Source: Malacoraja senta (taxonomy: Eukaryota). From it: DNA of 60,000 nucleotides. Position numbers and translations under genes: made by a program. The first letter of the stretch is position 1. Each line of letters begins with the position of its first letter. Below are positions 29,201 to 39,059 of the stretch, one piece after another. The stretch is taken from assembly GCA_038087875.1 (NCBI GenBank), contig CM075992.1, positions 2,854,001 through 2,914,000 of the forward strand, in the 5' to 3' direction. The notes under the pieces are model-generated. The model was not told the DNA's origin. It searched no databases and was given only the letters and a program-made list of their open reading frames with translations.

Positions 29201-32200
29201 CTGCCTTACAGCGCCAGAGACCCGGGTTCAATCCTGACTACGGCTGCTGTCTGTACGAAGTTTGTTTGTTCTCCCCGTGACCTGCGTGGGTTTTCTCCGA
29301 GATCTTCCATTACCTCCTACACTCCAAAGACATACAGGTTTGTAGGTTAATTGGCTTGGTATGAATGTAAAAATGTGTGGGGATCGCTGGTCGGTGCGGG
29401 CTCGGTGGGCTGAAGGGCCTGTTTCCGCACTGTATCTCTAAACTACACTAAACAGCCTGAAACGAATCCCCATACACTCGCACTATCCTACACACTAGGG
29501 ACCGTTTACAATTTTTGCCAAAGGCAATTAACCTACAAACCTGTAGGTCTTTCAAATGTGGGCGGAAACCTGAGCCCCTGGGGAAAACCCACAAGGTCAC
29601 GGGGAGAACGTACAAACTCCGTACAGACAGCACCCGTGGTCAGGATCGAACCCGGGTCTCTGGCGCTGTGAGGCAGCAACTCTACCGCTGCGCCACCGTG
29701 CTGCCGTTACACAGGTATATGAGGCACCTACTATAATACCATTTGGACAGGTGCATGGATAAGAAAGGTTTAGAGGGATATGGGCCAAACGCGGGTAGGT
29801 GGGACCATTGTAGATGTGTGATCTCGGTCAGCGTTGGGCAAGTTGGGCTTGTTTCCAGCAGCAACTCTACCGCTGCGCCACCGTGCCACCCCTTCTACGC
29901 TGTCCTGCCAATCCCTGTCAGGTCAGGATAGGTGCTGCATGGGTTAGGTCGAGAGGTCAGATCCCTCTGTCAAAGTCCCATCAAATACTTCCTGGATTAC
30001 GACGGCACCGGTTAGTTAACAGATTGCAGCTTTCTTCACCATGGGTGAACAGGGGCTCTGCAAGTTGCCATGGTTACTGATTTGCTAAAGAAGCTTCTAT
30101 CACCATGGTGACAGTTCTCAAATTTATTCACTCAAAGTTGGTCCAAATGCTTGTGCTTCCAATTGTGGTATTTGTTATTGAGCTGTTGACGTCCTCCATT
30201 CCATGCTCCATAACTAAGGTCGTCGGAAACTTAGTTGCCAATGTCCAAACTCACTTCCCTCTTCACTCACCGACCCTTGCTCTTGTGACCCGCAGTCCTG
30301 CAATGCCTTGAATTTTAAAATTATCTTTCTATGTTATAAAATTGGAAATATGCAAAATTGCAGGGTCTGAAGGGTAAGAACAGGGAGTGTGTCCAACTGA
30401 ATCAAAGTGCAAGATATAGAAACAAGGTCTCGCAAATGTTTAAGAAGGAACTGCAGGTGCTGGGAAAATCGAAGGGAGACAAAAATGCTGGAGAGACTCA
30501 GCGGGTGAGGCAGCGTCTATGGAGCGAAGGAAATAGGCGACGTTTCGGGCCGAAGCCCTTCTTCAGACCTGCAAATGTCGGTTTACGCAAAAGGACACAG
30601 AGTGCTGGAGTAACTCAGCCAGTCAGGCAGCATCTCTGGAGAACATGGATAAGTGACGTTTCAGATCAGGAGGTCTGAAGAAGGGTCTCGAATCCTTGAC
30701 AAGGAGTGTAAGATAGTTGTCTAATAGTATATCATTCGCCGTGTATTAGGGTGGGTTCTGTTTTGTTTCTTACTGCACTGTATATGTACATATTATTTTA
30801 ATATTTGAATAAATATTTTTGATTAATTTAAAAAAAGAAGGGTCTCGACCCAAAACGTCACCTATCTGTGTTCCCCACAGATACTGCCTGATCCGCTGAG
30901 TTATCCCAGCACTTTGAATTGAAGTGCTAGTACAGATTAGATGGGCAGAGTGGTCACCTTGCTTCACGTTCCTAAGTGATAGGAGCAAAATTAGGCCATT
31001 CGGCCCATCAAGTGTACTCCGCCATTCAATCATGGCTGATCTATCTCTCCTAACACCCATTCTCCTGCCTTCTCCCCATAACCTCTGACACATGTGCTAA
31101 TCAACAATCTATCTATCTCTGCTTTTAAAATATCAATTTACTTGGCCTCCTGTGACAATAAATTCCACAGATTCACCACTCTCTGACTAAAGAAATTCCT
31201 TCTCATCTCCGTCCTAAAGGAACATCCTTTTATTCTGAGGCTTTGACTCTCCCACTGGTGGAAACATCCTCTCCACATCCACTTTGTCCAGGCCTTTCAC
31301 TATTCACTTTCCTGATGAGTGCGGGTGTCAGGGGTTACGGGGAGAAGGCAGGAGAATGGGGTTAGGAGGGAGAGATAGATCAGCCATGATTGAATGGTGG
31401 AGTAGGCTTGATGGGCCGAATGACCTAATTCTGCTCCTATCACTTGTGAACCATGGGGAAGAAGGTGTAGGAGCCTGACACTCAGACCACCAAACCTTGC
31501 GAGAAGTCCGTGGCCTGACTCACCGTGACGATGAGATGCTTCTCTTCGTAGTACTGGACCAATGGGACGGCGTTTTGCTTGAAGGTGGCGAGGCGGCGTT
31601 GGATGGCTTTGGGGTTGTTGTCGGGCCGGCCTTGTTCCGCTCTCTTCTCCAGTCTCTCCCTCAGCCGGGGGCTGGCGCAGGAGAGATAGATCACCACGTC
31701 CGGCACGCAGATCTGAGGGAAGGACAACCGCCAGAATCAGCACCACGTATCGGCACAATCTGTACAAAAAGCCTCGCCACAATTTTCCTGCTCAATTTTC
31801 TTCCTCCCCCCCCACCCCGGCAATTGACAGAGGCCCAATTAACCTTCAAACCCGCACGTCCTTGGGATCAAAGAACATAGAGCTTTCCTTGGGATGTGGA
31901 AGGAGATTTGGGCTGGTATTCACTGGAGTTTAGAAGGATGAGGGGGATTCTTATAGAAACATGTAAAATTATAAAAGGACTGGACAAGCTAGATGCAGGA
32001 AACATGTTCCCAATGTTGGGCGAGTCCAGAACCAGGGGCCACAGTCTTAGAATAAAGGGGGGGGGGGGGGTCATTTAAGACTGAGGTGAGAAAAAACTTT
32101 TTCACCCAGATAGTTGTGAATTTATGGAATTCCCTGCCACAGAGGGCAGTGGAGGCCAAGTCACTGGATGGATTTAAGAGAGAGTTAGATAGAGCTCTAG

Positions 32201-35200
32201 GGGCTAGTGGAGTCAAGGGATATGGGGTAGAAGGCAGGCACGGGTTATTGATAGGAGACGATCAGCCATGATCACAATGAATGGCGGTGCTGGCTCGAAG
32301 GGCCGAATGGCCTCCTCCTGCACCTATTTTCTATGTTTCTATGTTTCTATGAGAATCTGTGGAATTCATTGCCACAGAAGGCTGTGGAGACCAAGTCAAT
32401 GGATATTTTTAAGGCGGAGATCGAGCGATTCTTGATTAGTGTCGGGGTGTCAGGGGTTATGGGGAGAAGGCAGGAGAATGGGGTTAGGAGGGAGAGATAG
32501 ATCAGCCATGATTAATTGGCGGTGTAGACTTGATGGGCCGAATGGCCCAATTCTGCTCCTTGAACTTATGAAGGAGTGATGACTGCACCTGATCATCGAA
32601 GCAGATGGCTTGGGAAACCTCCCGTGGGAAGCCATCGATGACAAAGCCCTGGGCGTCCGGGTGCTGCATCAACTGCTGCTTAATCTCATTTATGGTTGTC
32701 TCCTGCGGAAGAAGGTGTGAGGAGTCAAACATCGCACTACCACAACTTTTAACAAACAATTAGACAGGTAGACACAAAAAGCTGGAGGAGCTCAACGGGA
32801 CAGGCAGCATCTCTGGGGAGAAGGAATAGGTGAGGTTTCCGTTCGAGATCCTTCTCGACCCGAAACTTCACCCATTCCTTCTCTCCAGAGATCTGCTGCC
32901 TGTCCCGCGGAGATACTCCAGCATTTTGTGTTTATCTTCGGTTTAAACCAGCATCTGCAGTTCCTTCCTACACAATTAGACTGGTAGCCACATGGTTAGG
33001 ATGGGCTTCGAGGGATGGGATGGTGGTGGAGGCAGATATAACAGTGGCGTTTAAGAAGCCTTTGGATATTTGGTATATGAAACGAGCTGCCAGAGGAGGT
33101 AGTTGAGGCAGAAAGTTTAGCAACGTTTAAAAAACATTTGGACAAGTGCATGGATAGGAAAGGTTTAGAGGGATAGGGGACAAAGCAGCCAGGCGGGACT
33201 CGTGAAGATAGGACATGTTGGACGGCGTGGGCAAGTTGGGCCGTTTCTGTGCTCTAAGACCTTCTTTAAAACCAAACATGAGGCTCAGTCCAAGTCCTTG
33301 TTTGACGACACTTCCCTCAAGAAAATTGGGATGTTTCTGCTACATTAGTGTTGCTATGGAATGCTATCAAATGAGATGGAGGAACTGAGTGAAATCCAGG
33401 TTAGCCGGGAAGTGGTGTTAGGTAAATTGAATGGATTAAAGGCCAATAAATCCCCAGGGCCAGTCAGGCTGCATCCCAGAGTACTTAAGGAAGTAGCCCC
33501 AGAAATAGTGGATGCATTAGTGATACTTTTTCAAAACTCTTTAGATTCTGGAGTAGTTCCTGAGGATTGGAGGGTAGCAAACGTAACCCCACTTTTTAAA
33601 AAGGGAGGGAGAGAGAAAACGGGGAATTACAGACCAGTTAGTCTAACGTCGGTAGTGGGGAAACTGCTAGAGTCAGTTATTAAAGATGGGATAGCAGCAC
33701 ATTTGGAAAGTGGTGAAATCATTGGACAAAGTCAGCATGGATTTACGAAAGGTAAATCGTGTCTGACGAATCTTATAGAATTTTTCGAGGATGTAACTAG
33801 TAGAGTGGATAAGGGAGAACCAGTGGATGTGTTATATCTGGACTTTCAGAAGGCTTTCGACAAGGTCCCACATAAGAGATTAGTATACAAACTTAAAGCA
33901 CACGGTATTGGGGGTTCAGTATTGATGTGGATAGAGAACTGGCTGGCAGACAGGAAGCAAAGAGTAGGAGTAAACGGGTCCTTTTCACAATGGCAGGCAG
34001 TGACTAGTGGGGTACCGCAAGGCTCAGTGCTGGGACCCCAGCTATTTACGATATATATTAATGATTTGGACGAGGGAATTGAATGCAACATCTCCAAGTT
34101 TGCGGATGACACAAAGCTGGGGGGCAGTGTTAGCTGTGAGGAGGATGCTCGGAGGCTGCAAGGTTACTTGGATAGGCTGGGTGAGTGGGCAAATGCATGG
34201 CAATGCAGTATAATGTGGATAAATATGAGGTTATCCACTTTGGTGGCAAAAACAGGAAAGTAGACTATTATCTGAATGGTGGCCGATTAGGAAAAGGGGA
34301 GATGCAACGAGACCTGGGTGTCATGGTACACCAGTCATTAAAAGTAGGCATGCAGGTGCAGCAGGCAGTGAAGAAGGCGAATGGTATGTTAGCATTCATA
34401 GCAAAAGGATTTGAGTATAGGAGCAGGGAGGTTCTACTGCAGTTGTACAGGGTCTTGGTGAGACCACACCAGGAGTATTGCGTACAGTTTTGGTCTCCTA
34501 ATCTGAGGAAAGACATTCTTGCCATAGAGGGAGTACAGAGAAGGTTCACCAGACTGATTCCTGGGATGTCAGGACTTTCATATGAAGAAAGACTGGATAG
34601 ACTCGGTTTGTACTCGCTAGAATTTAGAAGATTGAGGGGGGATCTTATAGAAACGTACAAAATTCTTAAGGGGTTGGACAGGCTAGATGCAGGAAGATTG
34701 TTCCCGATGTTGGGGAAGTCCAGAACAAGGGGTCACAGTTTAAGGATAAGGGGGAAATCTTTTAGGACCGAGATGAGGAAAACATTTTTCACACAGAGAG
34801 TGGTGAATCTGTGGAATTCTCTGCCACAGAAGGTAGTTGAGGCCAGTTCATTGGCTATATTTAAGAGGGAGTTAGATGTGGCCCTTGTGGCTAAAGGGAT
34901 CAGGGGGTATGGAGAGAAAGCAGGTACGTGATACTGAGTTGGATGATCAGCCATGATCACAATGAATGGCGGTGCAGGCTCAAAGGGCCGAATGGCCTAC
35001 TACTGCACCTATTTTCTATGTTTCTATGTTTCTATGTTTTTATGCTATGGAAACGGGGATTGTGGATGTCAAGCGAGAGGAGATTTGAGGCGCTGGTTTA
35101 GGTTTATTATTGTCACGTGTACCGAGGTACAGTGAAGAGCTTTTGTTTTTTTGCATTATTTCCAATTAAATCAGACAGTGCTCTATGTAGAAACAAGGAA

Positions 35201-38200
35201 CTGCAGATGCTAGTTTACAAACAAAAAGTGCTGGAGTTACTCAACGGGTCAGGCAGCATCTCTGGAACACATGGATAGGTGATGTTTCAAGTTGGGACCA
35301 TTCGTTAGCCTGGTTGTACAGTGGAGGTGGGGGGAGGGGGGGAGAAAGCTAGAATAAAGCTAGGAAGGGCAAGACAAAGTATGACAGGTAATATGTGTTC
35401 ACCTGTGTTCATCTATTACCTGCCACCCTTTTCCCTGCCCTCCCTCTCTTTTAGCTCGCCGTTACCTGGAGCCCCACCATTACCTGTAGCCCCACCTTGC
35501 TGTTGCCTGTGGTCCCACCATTACCTGCAGCCCCACCTTGCTGTTACCTGTAGCCCCACCTTGCTGTTACCTGTGGCCCCACCTTGCTGTTACCAGCGGC
35601 CCCACCTCACTGTTACCTGTGGCCCCACCTTGCTGTTACCTGTGGCCCCACCTTGCTGTTACCTGTAGCCCCACCTCACTGTTACCTGTGGCCCCACCTT
35701 GCTGTTACCCGTAGCCCCACCTTGCTGTTACCTGTGGCCCCACCTCACTGTTACCTGTAGCCCCACCTTGCTGTTACCTGTGGCCCCACCTCACTGTTAC
35801 CTGTAGCCCCACCTTGCTGTTACCTGTAGCCCCACCTTGCTGTTACCTGTGGCCCCACCTTGCTGTTACCTGTGGCCCCACCTTGCTGTTACCTGTGGCC
35901 CCACTTTGCTGTTACCTGTAGCCCCACCTCACTGATACCTGTAGCCCCACCTCACTGTTACCTGTAGCCCCACCTTGCAGTTACCTGTGGCCCCACCTTG
36001 CTGTTACCTGTAGCCCCACCTCACTGTTACCTGTGGCCCAACCTTGCTGTTACCTGTAGCCCCACCTCACTGTTACCTGTAGCCCCACCTTGCAGTTACC
36101 TGTGGCCCCACCTTGCTGTTACCTGTGGCCCCACTTTGCTGTTACCTGTGGCCCCACCATTACCTGTGGCCCCACCTTGCTGTTACCTGCAGCCCCACCA
36201 TTACCTGTAGCCCCACCTCGCTGTTACCTGTGGCCCCAACTTGCTGTTACCTGTAGCCACACCTTGCTGTTACCTGTGGCCCCACCGTTGCCTGTGGTGC
36301 CAGCTCGCTGTTACCTGTGGCCCCACCATTACCTGTAGCCCCACCTTGCTGTTACCTGTGGCCCCACCTCGCTGTGACCTGTGGCCCCACCTTGCTGTGA
36401 CCTGTGGCCCCACCTTGCTGTTACCTGTGGCCCCACCGTTACCTGTGGTGCCAGCTCGCTGTTACCTGTGGCCCCACCATTACCTGTAGCCCCACCTCGC
36501 TGTTACCTGTGGCCCCACCTTGCTGTTACCTGTGGCCCCACCTCACTGTTACCTGTGGCCCCACCTTGCTGTTACCTGTGGCCCCACCTCACTGTTACCT
36601 GTGGCCCCACCATTACCTGTGGCCCCACATCACCATTACCTGCAGCCCCACCTTGCTGTTACCTGTGGCCCCACCTTGCTGTTACCTGTGGCCCCACCGT
36701 TGCCTGTGGTGCCAGCTCACTGTTACCTGTGGCCCCACCATTACCTGTAGCCCCACCTTGCAGTTACCTGTGGCCCCACCTTGCTGTTACCCGTGGCCCC
36801 ACTTTGCTGTTACCTGTGGCCCCACCATTACCTGTGGCCCCACCTCACTGTTACCTGTGGCCCCACCATTACCTGTGGCCCCACATCACCGTTACCTGCA
36901 GCCCCACCTTGCTGTTACCTGTGGCCCCACATCACCGTTACCTGCAGCCCCACCTTGCTGTTACCTGTGGCCCCACCATTACCTGTGGCCCCACATCACC
37001 GTTACCTGCAGCCCCACCTTGCTGTTACCTGTGGCACCACCATTACCTGTAGCCCCACCCTGCCGTTACCTGTGGCCCCACCTCGCTGTTACCTGTGGCC
37101 CCACCTTGCTGTTACCTGTGGCCCCACCTTGCTGTTACCTGTGGCACCACCATTACCTGTAGCCCCACCCTGCCATTACCTGTGGCCCCACCTCGCTGTT
37201 ACCTGTGGCCCCACCTTGCTGTTACCTGTAGCCCCACCTCGCTGTTACCTGTGGCCCCACCTTGCTGTTACCTGTAGCCCCACCCTGCCGTTACCTGTAG
37301 CCCCACCCTGCCATTACCTGTAGCCCCACCCTGCCATTACCTGTGGCCCCACCTTGCTGTTACCTGTGGCCCCACCTCGCTGTTACCTGTGGCCCCACCT
37401 CGCTGTTACCTGTGGCCCCACCTCGCTGTTACCTGTGGCCCCACCTCGCTGTTACCTGTGGCCCCACCTTGCTGTTACCTGTGGCCCCACCGTTACCTGT
37501 GGCCCCACCTCGCTGTTACCTGCAGCCCCACCTCGCTGTTACCTGTGGCCCCACCTTGCTGTTACCTGTGGCCCCACCTCGCTGTTACCTGTGGCCCCAC
37601 CTCGCTGTTACCTGTGGCCCCACCTTGCTGTTACCTGTGGCACCACCATTACCTGTAGCCCCACCTCGCTGTTACCTGTGGCCCCACCTTGCTGTGACCT
37701 GTGGCCCCACCTTGCTGTTACCTGTGGCCCCACCGTTACCTGTGGTGCCAGCTCGCCGTTGGTGATGATCTTTGCTATCAGGCCCCACTTCCTGTTGGTG
37801 CTGGCGTTGTGCAGCATCTTCTCCCGCAGCAGCTCGCCCACCGAGATGTAGATGAATCCGTAGCACTCCGCCATCTTCACGCTCTGCGTACCCTTGCCGC
37901 TGGCTGGGCCCCCTACAGAAGGAGGGAACGAGAGAGCGAGAGTGGGTGTCAGAAAGGAAAGAAAACCTGAAGACACACAAGCCAAGGATGATAATGTGTG
38001 GGATAATGCTCTCTGACCCCATCTCATGCTCTCTGACCCCATACCTTGATCTCTGACCCCATCCTTGCTCGCTGACCCCATCTCATGCTCTCTGACCCCA
38101 TCCCTGCCCTTTGACAGCCATCCCTTGAGTCAAAGAGTCATACAGCGTGGAAACAGGCCCTTCAGCCCAACTTGCCCACATTGGCCAACATGTCCCAGCT

Positions 38201-38981
38201 ACACTATGTCCCACATGCCCGCATTTGGCCCATATCTCTCTTAACCTGTCCTATCCACGTACCTGTCTAACTGCTTCTTAAACGTTGGGATAATCCATGC
38301 TTCAACTACCTCCTCTGGCAGCTTGTTCCATACACCCACCACCCTTTGTGTGAAAAAGTTACCCCTCAGATTCCTATTAAATTTATTCCCCTTCTCCTTA
38401 AACCTCTGTCCTCTGGTCCTCGGTTCCCCTACTCTGGGCAAGAGACTCTGTGCATCTACCCGATCTATTCCTCTCATGATTTTATACTCCTCTATAAGAT
38501 CACCCCTCATCCTCCTGCGCTCCAAAGAATAGAGTCCCAGCCTGCTCAACCTCTCCCTATAGCTCACACCCTCGAGTCCTGGCAGATGCTGGTTTAAACC
38601 GAAGATAGACACAAAATGCTTTAGTAACTCAGCGGGACAGGCAGCACCTCTGGAGAGAAGGAATAGAAACGTCACCCATTCCTTTTCTCCACAGATGTTG
38701 TCTGACCTGCTGAGTTACTCCATCATTTTGTGTCTAGCCTGATCTGTGTGATGGACTGGGCCACATCTACAACTCTTGCAATTTCCAGCGCTCTTCCTCG
38801 GTGATGAACTTACCGATGACGAGGATGACCCTTGGCCTGGGCTTTGCGGGGTCAAACAGCACGTACTCCTCGATCAGCTCATCCGTCTCCGATAGGTCTG
38901 TGTCGCTCTCGATGGAGAACTGGTGGATGGGGGGCAGTCGGTCGTAGCGGTCGTGGGCCAGGCTGTGGCTCTCCGAGAGTA
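2032..38981 (-). CDS. AK5: Adenylate kinase 5-type gene (AK5/AK5-like paralogue), partial span: 10 coding exons visible; 5' exons beyond the gap, 3' exons left of the window
   Basis: Manually spliced GT-AG exons give [22 protein letters not shown]...[19 protein letters not shown]...DGFPREV...GRPDNN (domain 1), a linker, then [17 protein letters not shown]...DGYP (domain 2). Exon phases are compatible. It may be an AK5 paralogue rather than the true orthologue. Confidence 0.85.
2208..2504 (+). mobile_element. HE1-like tRNA-derived V-SINE (representative; about 20 full or partial copies in the window)
   Basis: A box TGGCGCAGCGG, B box GGTTCAATCC, V-domain GTTCTCCCCGTG...GGTTTCCTCCCACA, CR1-like tail. 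Confidence 0.85.
2560..3078 (+). mobile_element. Nested CR1 LINE 3' fragments
   Basis: RTRGxSL...FFSQRVV.LWNSLP peptide and (CTATTGT)n tail. Confidence 0.8.
4778..4941 (-). CDS. AK5: AK domain 2 P-loop exon (164 bp): [55 protein letters not shown]
   Basis: gttacag acceptor, gtgagt donor; canonical P-loop. Confidence 0.93.
5135..5587. repeat. Degenerate hexamer/12-mer repeat (GGATTAGGTATA)n
   Basis: Direct inspection. Confidence 0.85.
6120..6730 (+). mobile_element. Rex1/Babar-like LINE 3' fragment
   Basis: [20 protein letters not shown]...[27 protein letters not shown], with a (CTTGAA)n tail. Confidence 0.75.
7656..7691 (-). CDS. AK5: AK domain 2 start exon (36 bp): [13 protein letters not shown]
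   Basis: ctttattttacag acceptor, gtgagt donor; resembles AK1 EKLKKTKIIFVVG. Confidence 0.88.
8455..8790 (+). mobile_element. CR1 LINE 3' fragment
   Basis: Same 3' end and tail as the other copies. Confidence 0.8.
8849..8900 (-). CDS. Candidate alternative first exon [17 protein letters not shown](E), giving an AK1beta-like N-myristoylated single-domain isoform
   Basis: gcaATGG Kozak context, MGxxxS myristoylation motif, phase-1 donor AAG/gtaacg that splices in frame to [13 protein letters not shown]. Confidence 0.6.
10253..10274 (-). CDS. Candidate internal start micro-exon, coding part MQSVQER(E); exon spans 10253-10279
   Basis: tctctctgtcatctttgtccgcag acceptor, ATG, phase-1 donor GGG/gtgaga compatible with exon 7656-7691. 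Confidence 0.35.
11232..11722 (+). mobile_element. CR1 LINE 3' fragments (composite)
   Basis: ORF 11226-11597 gives a CR1 C-terminus; TTTCTATG tail followed by a second CR1 piece. Confidence 0.8.
11749..12428 (+). mobile_element. Two tandem HE1-like SINEs (about 11749-12044 and 12135-12428)
   Basis: A/B boxes and V-domain in each copy. Confidence 0.85.
15040..15865. mobile_element. Head-to-head HE1-like SINE pair (minus about 15040-15330; plus about 15571-15865)
   Basis: SINE consensus present in both orientations. Confidence 0.8.
16293..16737 (-). mobile_element. CR1 LINE 3' fragment
   Basis: [21 protein letters not shown]...WDSLP on the minus strand. Confidence 0.85.
19283..19582 (-). 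mobile_element. HE1-like SINE
   Basis: Full-length reverse copy with (TAAAC)n tail. Confidence 0.85.
19695..19731 (-). CDS. AK5: Candidate linker exon (37 bp): [12 protein letters not shown]
   Basis: Strong ctctctatgtctgttttacag acceptor, CAG/gtcagt donor; phase 0/1 bridges 25855 to 7691. Confidence 0.62.
19860..20295 (-). mobile_element. Rex1/Babar-like LINE 3' fragment
   Basis: Minus-strand [27 protein letters not shown]. Confidence 0.65.
20525..20960 (+). mobile_element. CR1 LINE 3' fragment
   Basis: ORF 20521-20871 gives a CR1 C-terminus. Confidence 0.85.
21490..24130. repeat. CA-rich compound satellite with unit like CCCACAGATAAACACTCT(CA)n
   Basis: Direct inspection. Confidence 0.95.
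24512..24532 (-). CDS. Candidate alternative terminal coding exon (VQRLTG*) ending the protein after AK domain 1
   Basis: ctctctgtttaaccag acceptor; phase-0 reading reaches TGA; AATAAA on the minus strand at 24316-24321. Confidence 0.3.
   Translation of the reverse strand: MQRLTG
24717..25065 (-). mobile_element. tRNA-derived CORE-type SINE with L2-like tail (AFC-like), inserted in a Penelope-derived element
   Basis: GGTGGCGCAATGG..GGTTCGAATCC head, GTGTCCTTGGGCAAGACACTT core, GCGCTATATAAA(TTA)n tail. Confidence 0.75.
25164..25475 (-). mobile_element. HE1-like SINE
   Basis: Full-length reverse copy. Confidence 0.85.
25855..25913 (-). CDS. AK5: Candidate linker exon (59 bp): [20 protein letters not shown]
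   Basis: ccctccccgcag acceptor, AAG/gtaaca donor, phase 1/0 fits the neighbouring exons; weak sequence homology. Confidence 0.65.
26025..26695 (-). mobile_element. CR1 LINE 3' fragment interrupted by an opposite-strand CR1 tail
   Basis: ORFs 26111-26395 and 26484-26735; plus-strand tail at about 26420-26570. Confidence 0.8.
27085..27312 (+). mobile_element. Rex1/Babar-like fragment
   Basis: [25 protein letters not shown]. Confidence 0.7.
27611..27701 (-). CDS. AK5: AK domain 1 C-terminal exon (91 bp): [31 protein letters not shown]
   Basis: ctcccacag acceptor, gtgagg donor; homologous to AK5 FDADRDEDEVFYDISMAVDNKL; phase 0/1. Confidence 0.88.
28535..28888 (+). mobile_element. Penelope-like element 3' end with hammerhead-like motif
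   Basis: Encodes [26 protein letters not shown] (GIY-YIG C-terminus), then a pyrimidine tract and CTGAAGA-A-GGGT TTCG GCCC-GAAACGTT. Confidence 0.75.
28890..29101 (-). mobile_element. hAT-like DNA transposon end
   Basis: Reverse complement begins CAGGGGTGGGGAACCTGCGGCC, a typical hAT terminal sequence; partner TIR not identified. Confidence 0.45.
29171..29705. mobile_element. Tail-to-tail inverted HE1-like SINE pair
   Basis: Plus copy at about 29171-29447 abuts a minus copy at about 29448-29705. Confidence 0.8.
31524..31712 (-). CDS. AK5: AK domain 1 LID exon (189 bp): [63 protein letters not shown]
   Basis: ccctcag acceptor, gtgagt donor; AK5-like sequence. Confidence 0.93.
31905..32570 (+). 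mobile_element. CR1 LINE 3' fragments (composite)
   Basis: CR1 C-terminal peptides and tails. Confidence 0.8.
32589..32702 (-). CDS. AK5: AK domain 1 exon (114 bp): [38 protein letters not shown]
   Basis: ccgcag acceptor, gtgcag donor; adenylate kinase DGFPR signature. Confidence 0.93.
32766..32971. mobile_element. Palindromic Penelope-derived short element (representative; dozens of full or half copies)
   Basis: Inverted arms (gacacaaaa.gctggag...gcagcatctctgg / ccagagat..gctgc...ctccagcattttgtg), flanked by the direct repeat acaattagac. Confidence 0.7.
33365..35040 (+). mobile_element. 5'-truncated CR1-clade LINE (HER1-like): reverse transcriptase ORF2 fragment and 3' UTR
   Basis: [36 protein letters not shown] motifs; one frameshift near 34200; (TTTCTATG)n tail. 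Confidence 0.93.
35460..37739. repeat. 23-bp minisatellite (CCCCACCTTGCTGTTACCTGTGG) with 18-bp variants, about 100 units
   Basis: Direct inspection; abuts the donor of exon 37740-37912. Confidence 0.96.
37740..37912 (-). CDS. AK5: AK domain 1 P-loop exon (173 bp): [58 protein letters not shown]
   Basis: ttctgtag acceptor, gtaacg donor; P-loop and NMP-binding region match AK5. Confidence 0.93.
38005..38127. repeat. TGCTCTCTGACCCCATC minisatellite (short block)
   Basis: Direct inspection. Confidence 0.85.
38127..38585 (-). mobile_element. CR1 LINE 3' fragment
   Basis: ORF 38241-38675 encodes a CR1 peptide. Confidence 0.8.
38814..38981 (-). CDS. AK5: AK5-type exon (168 bp): [57 protein letters not shown]
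   Basis: cccccag acceptor, gtaagt donor; AK5-diagnostic [22 protein letters not shown] motif; phase 1/1. Confidence 0.93.
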
Positions 38982-39059
38982 CTGGGGGTGGAGGGGAGAC
39001 AGCGACACACGCAGTGAGAGCACAGTGAGCACCAAGTCACAGCCTGGGAGTGGTCAACC

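Noticed and set aside
33361..34931. Novel reverse-transcriptase system or active LINE
   Set aside because: An ordinary 5'-truncated, frameshifted CR1 copy lacking the endonuclease and ORF1.
35460..37851. CRISPR-like array or repetitive protein ORFs ([15 protein letters not shown])
   Set aside because: Head-to-tail repeats with no unique spacers and no cas genes, in a eukaryotic intron; all frames are open simply because the unit lacks stops.
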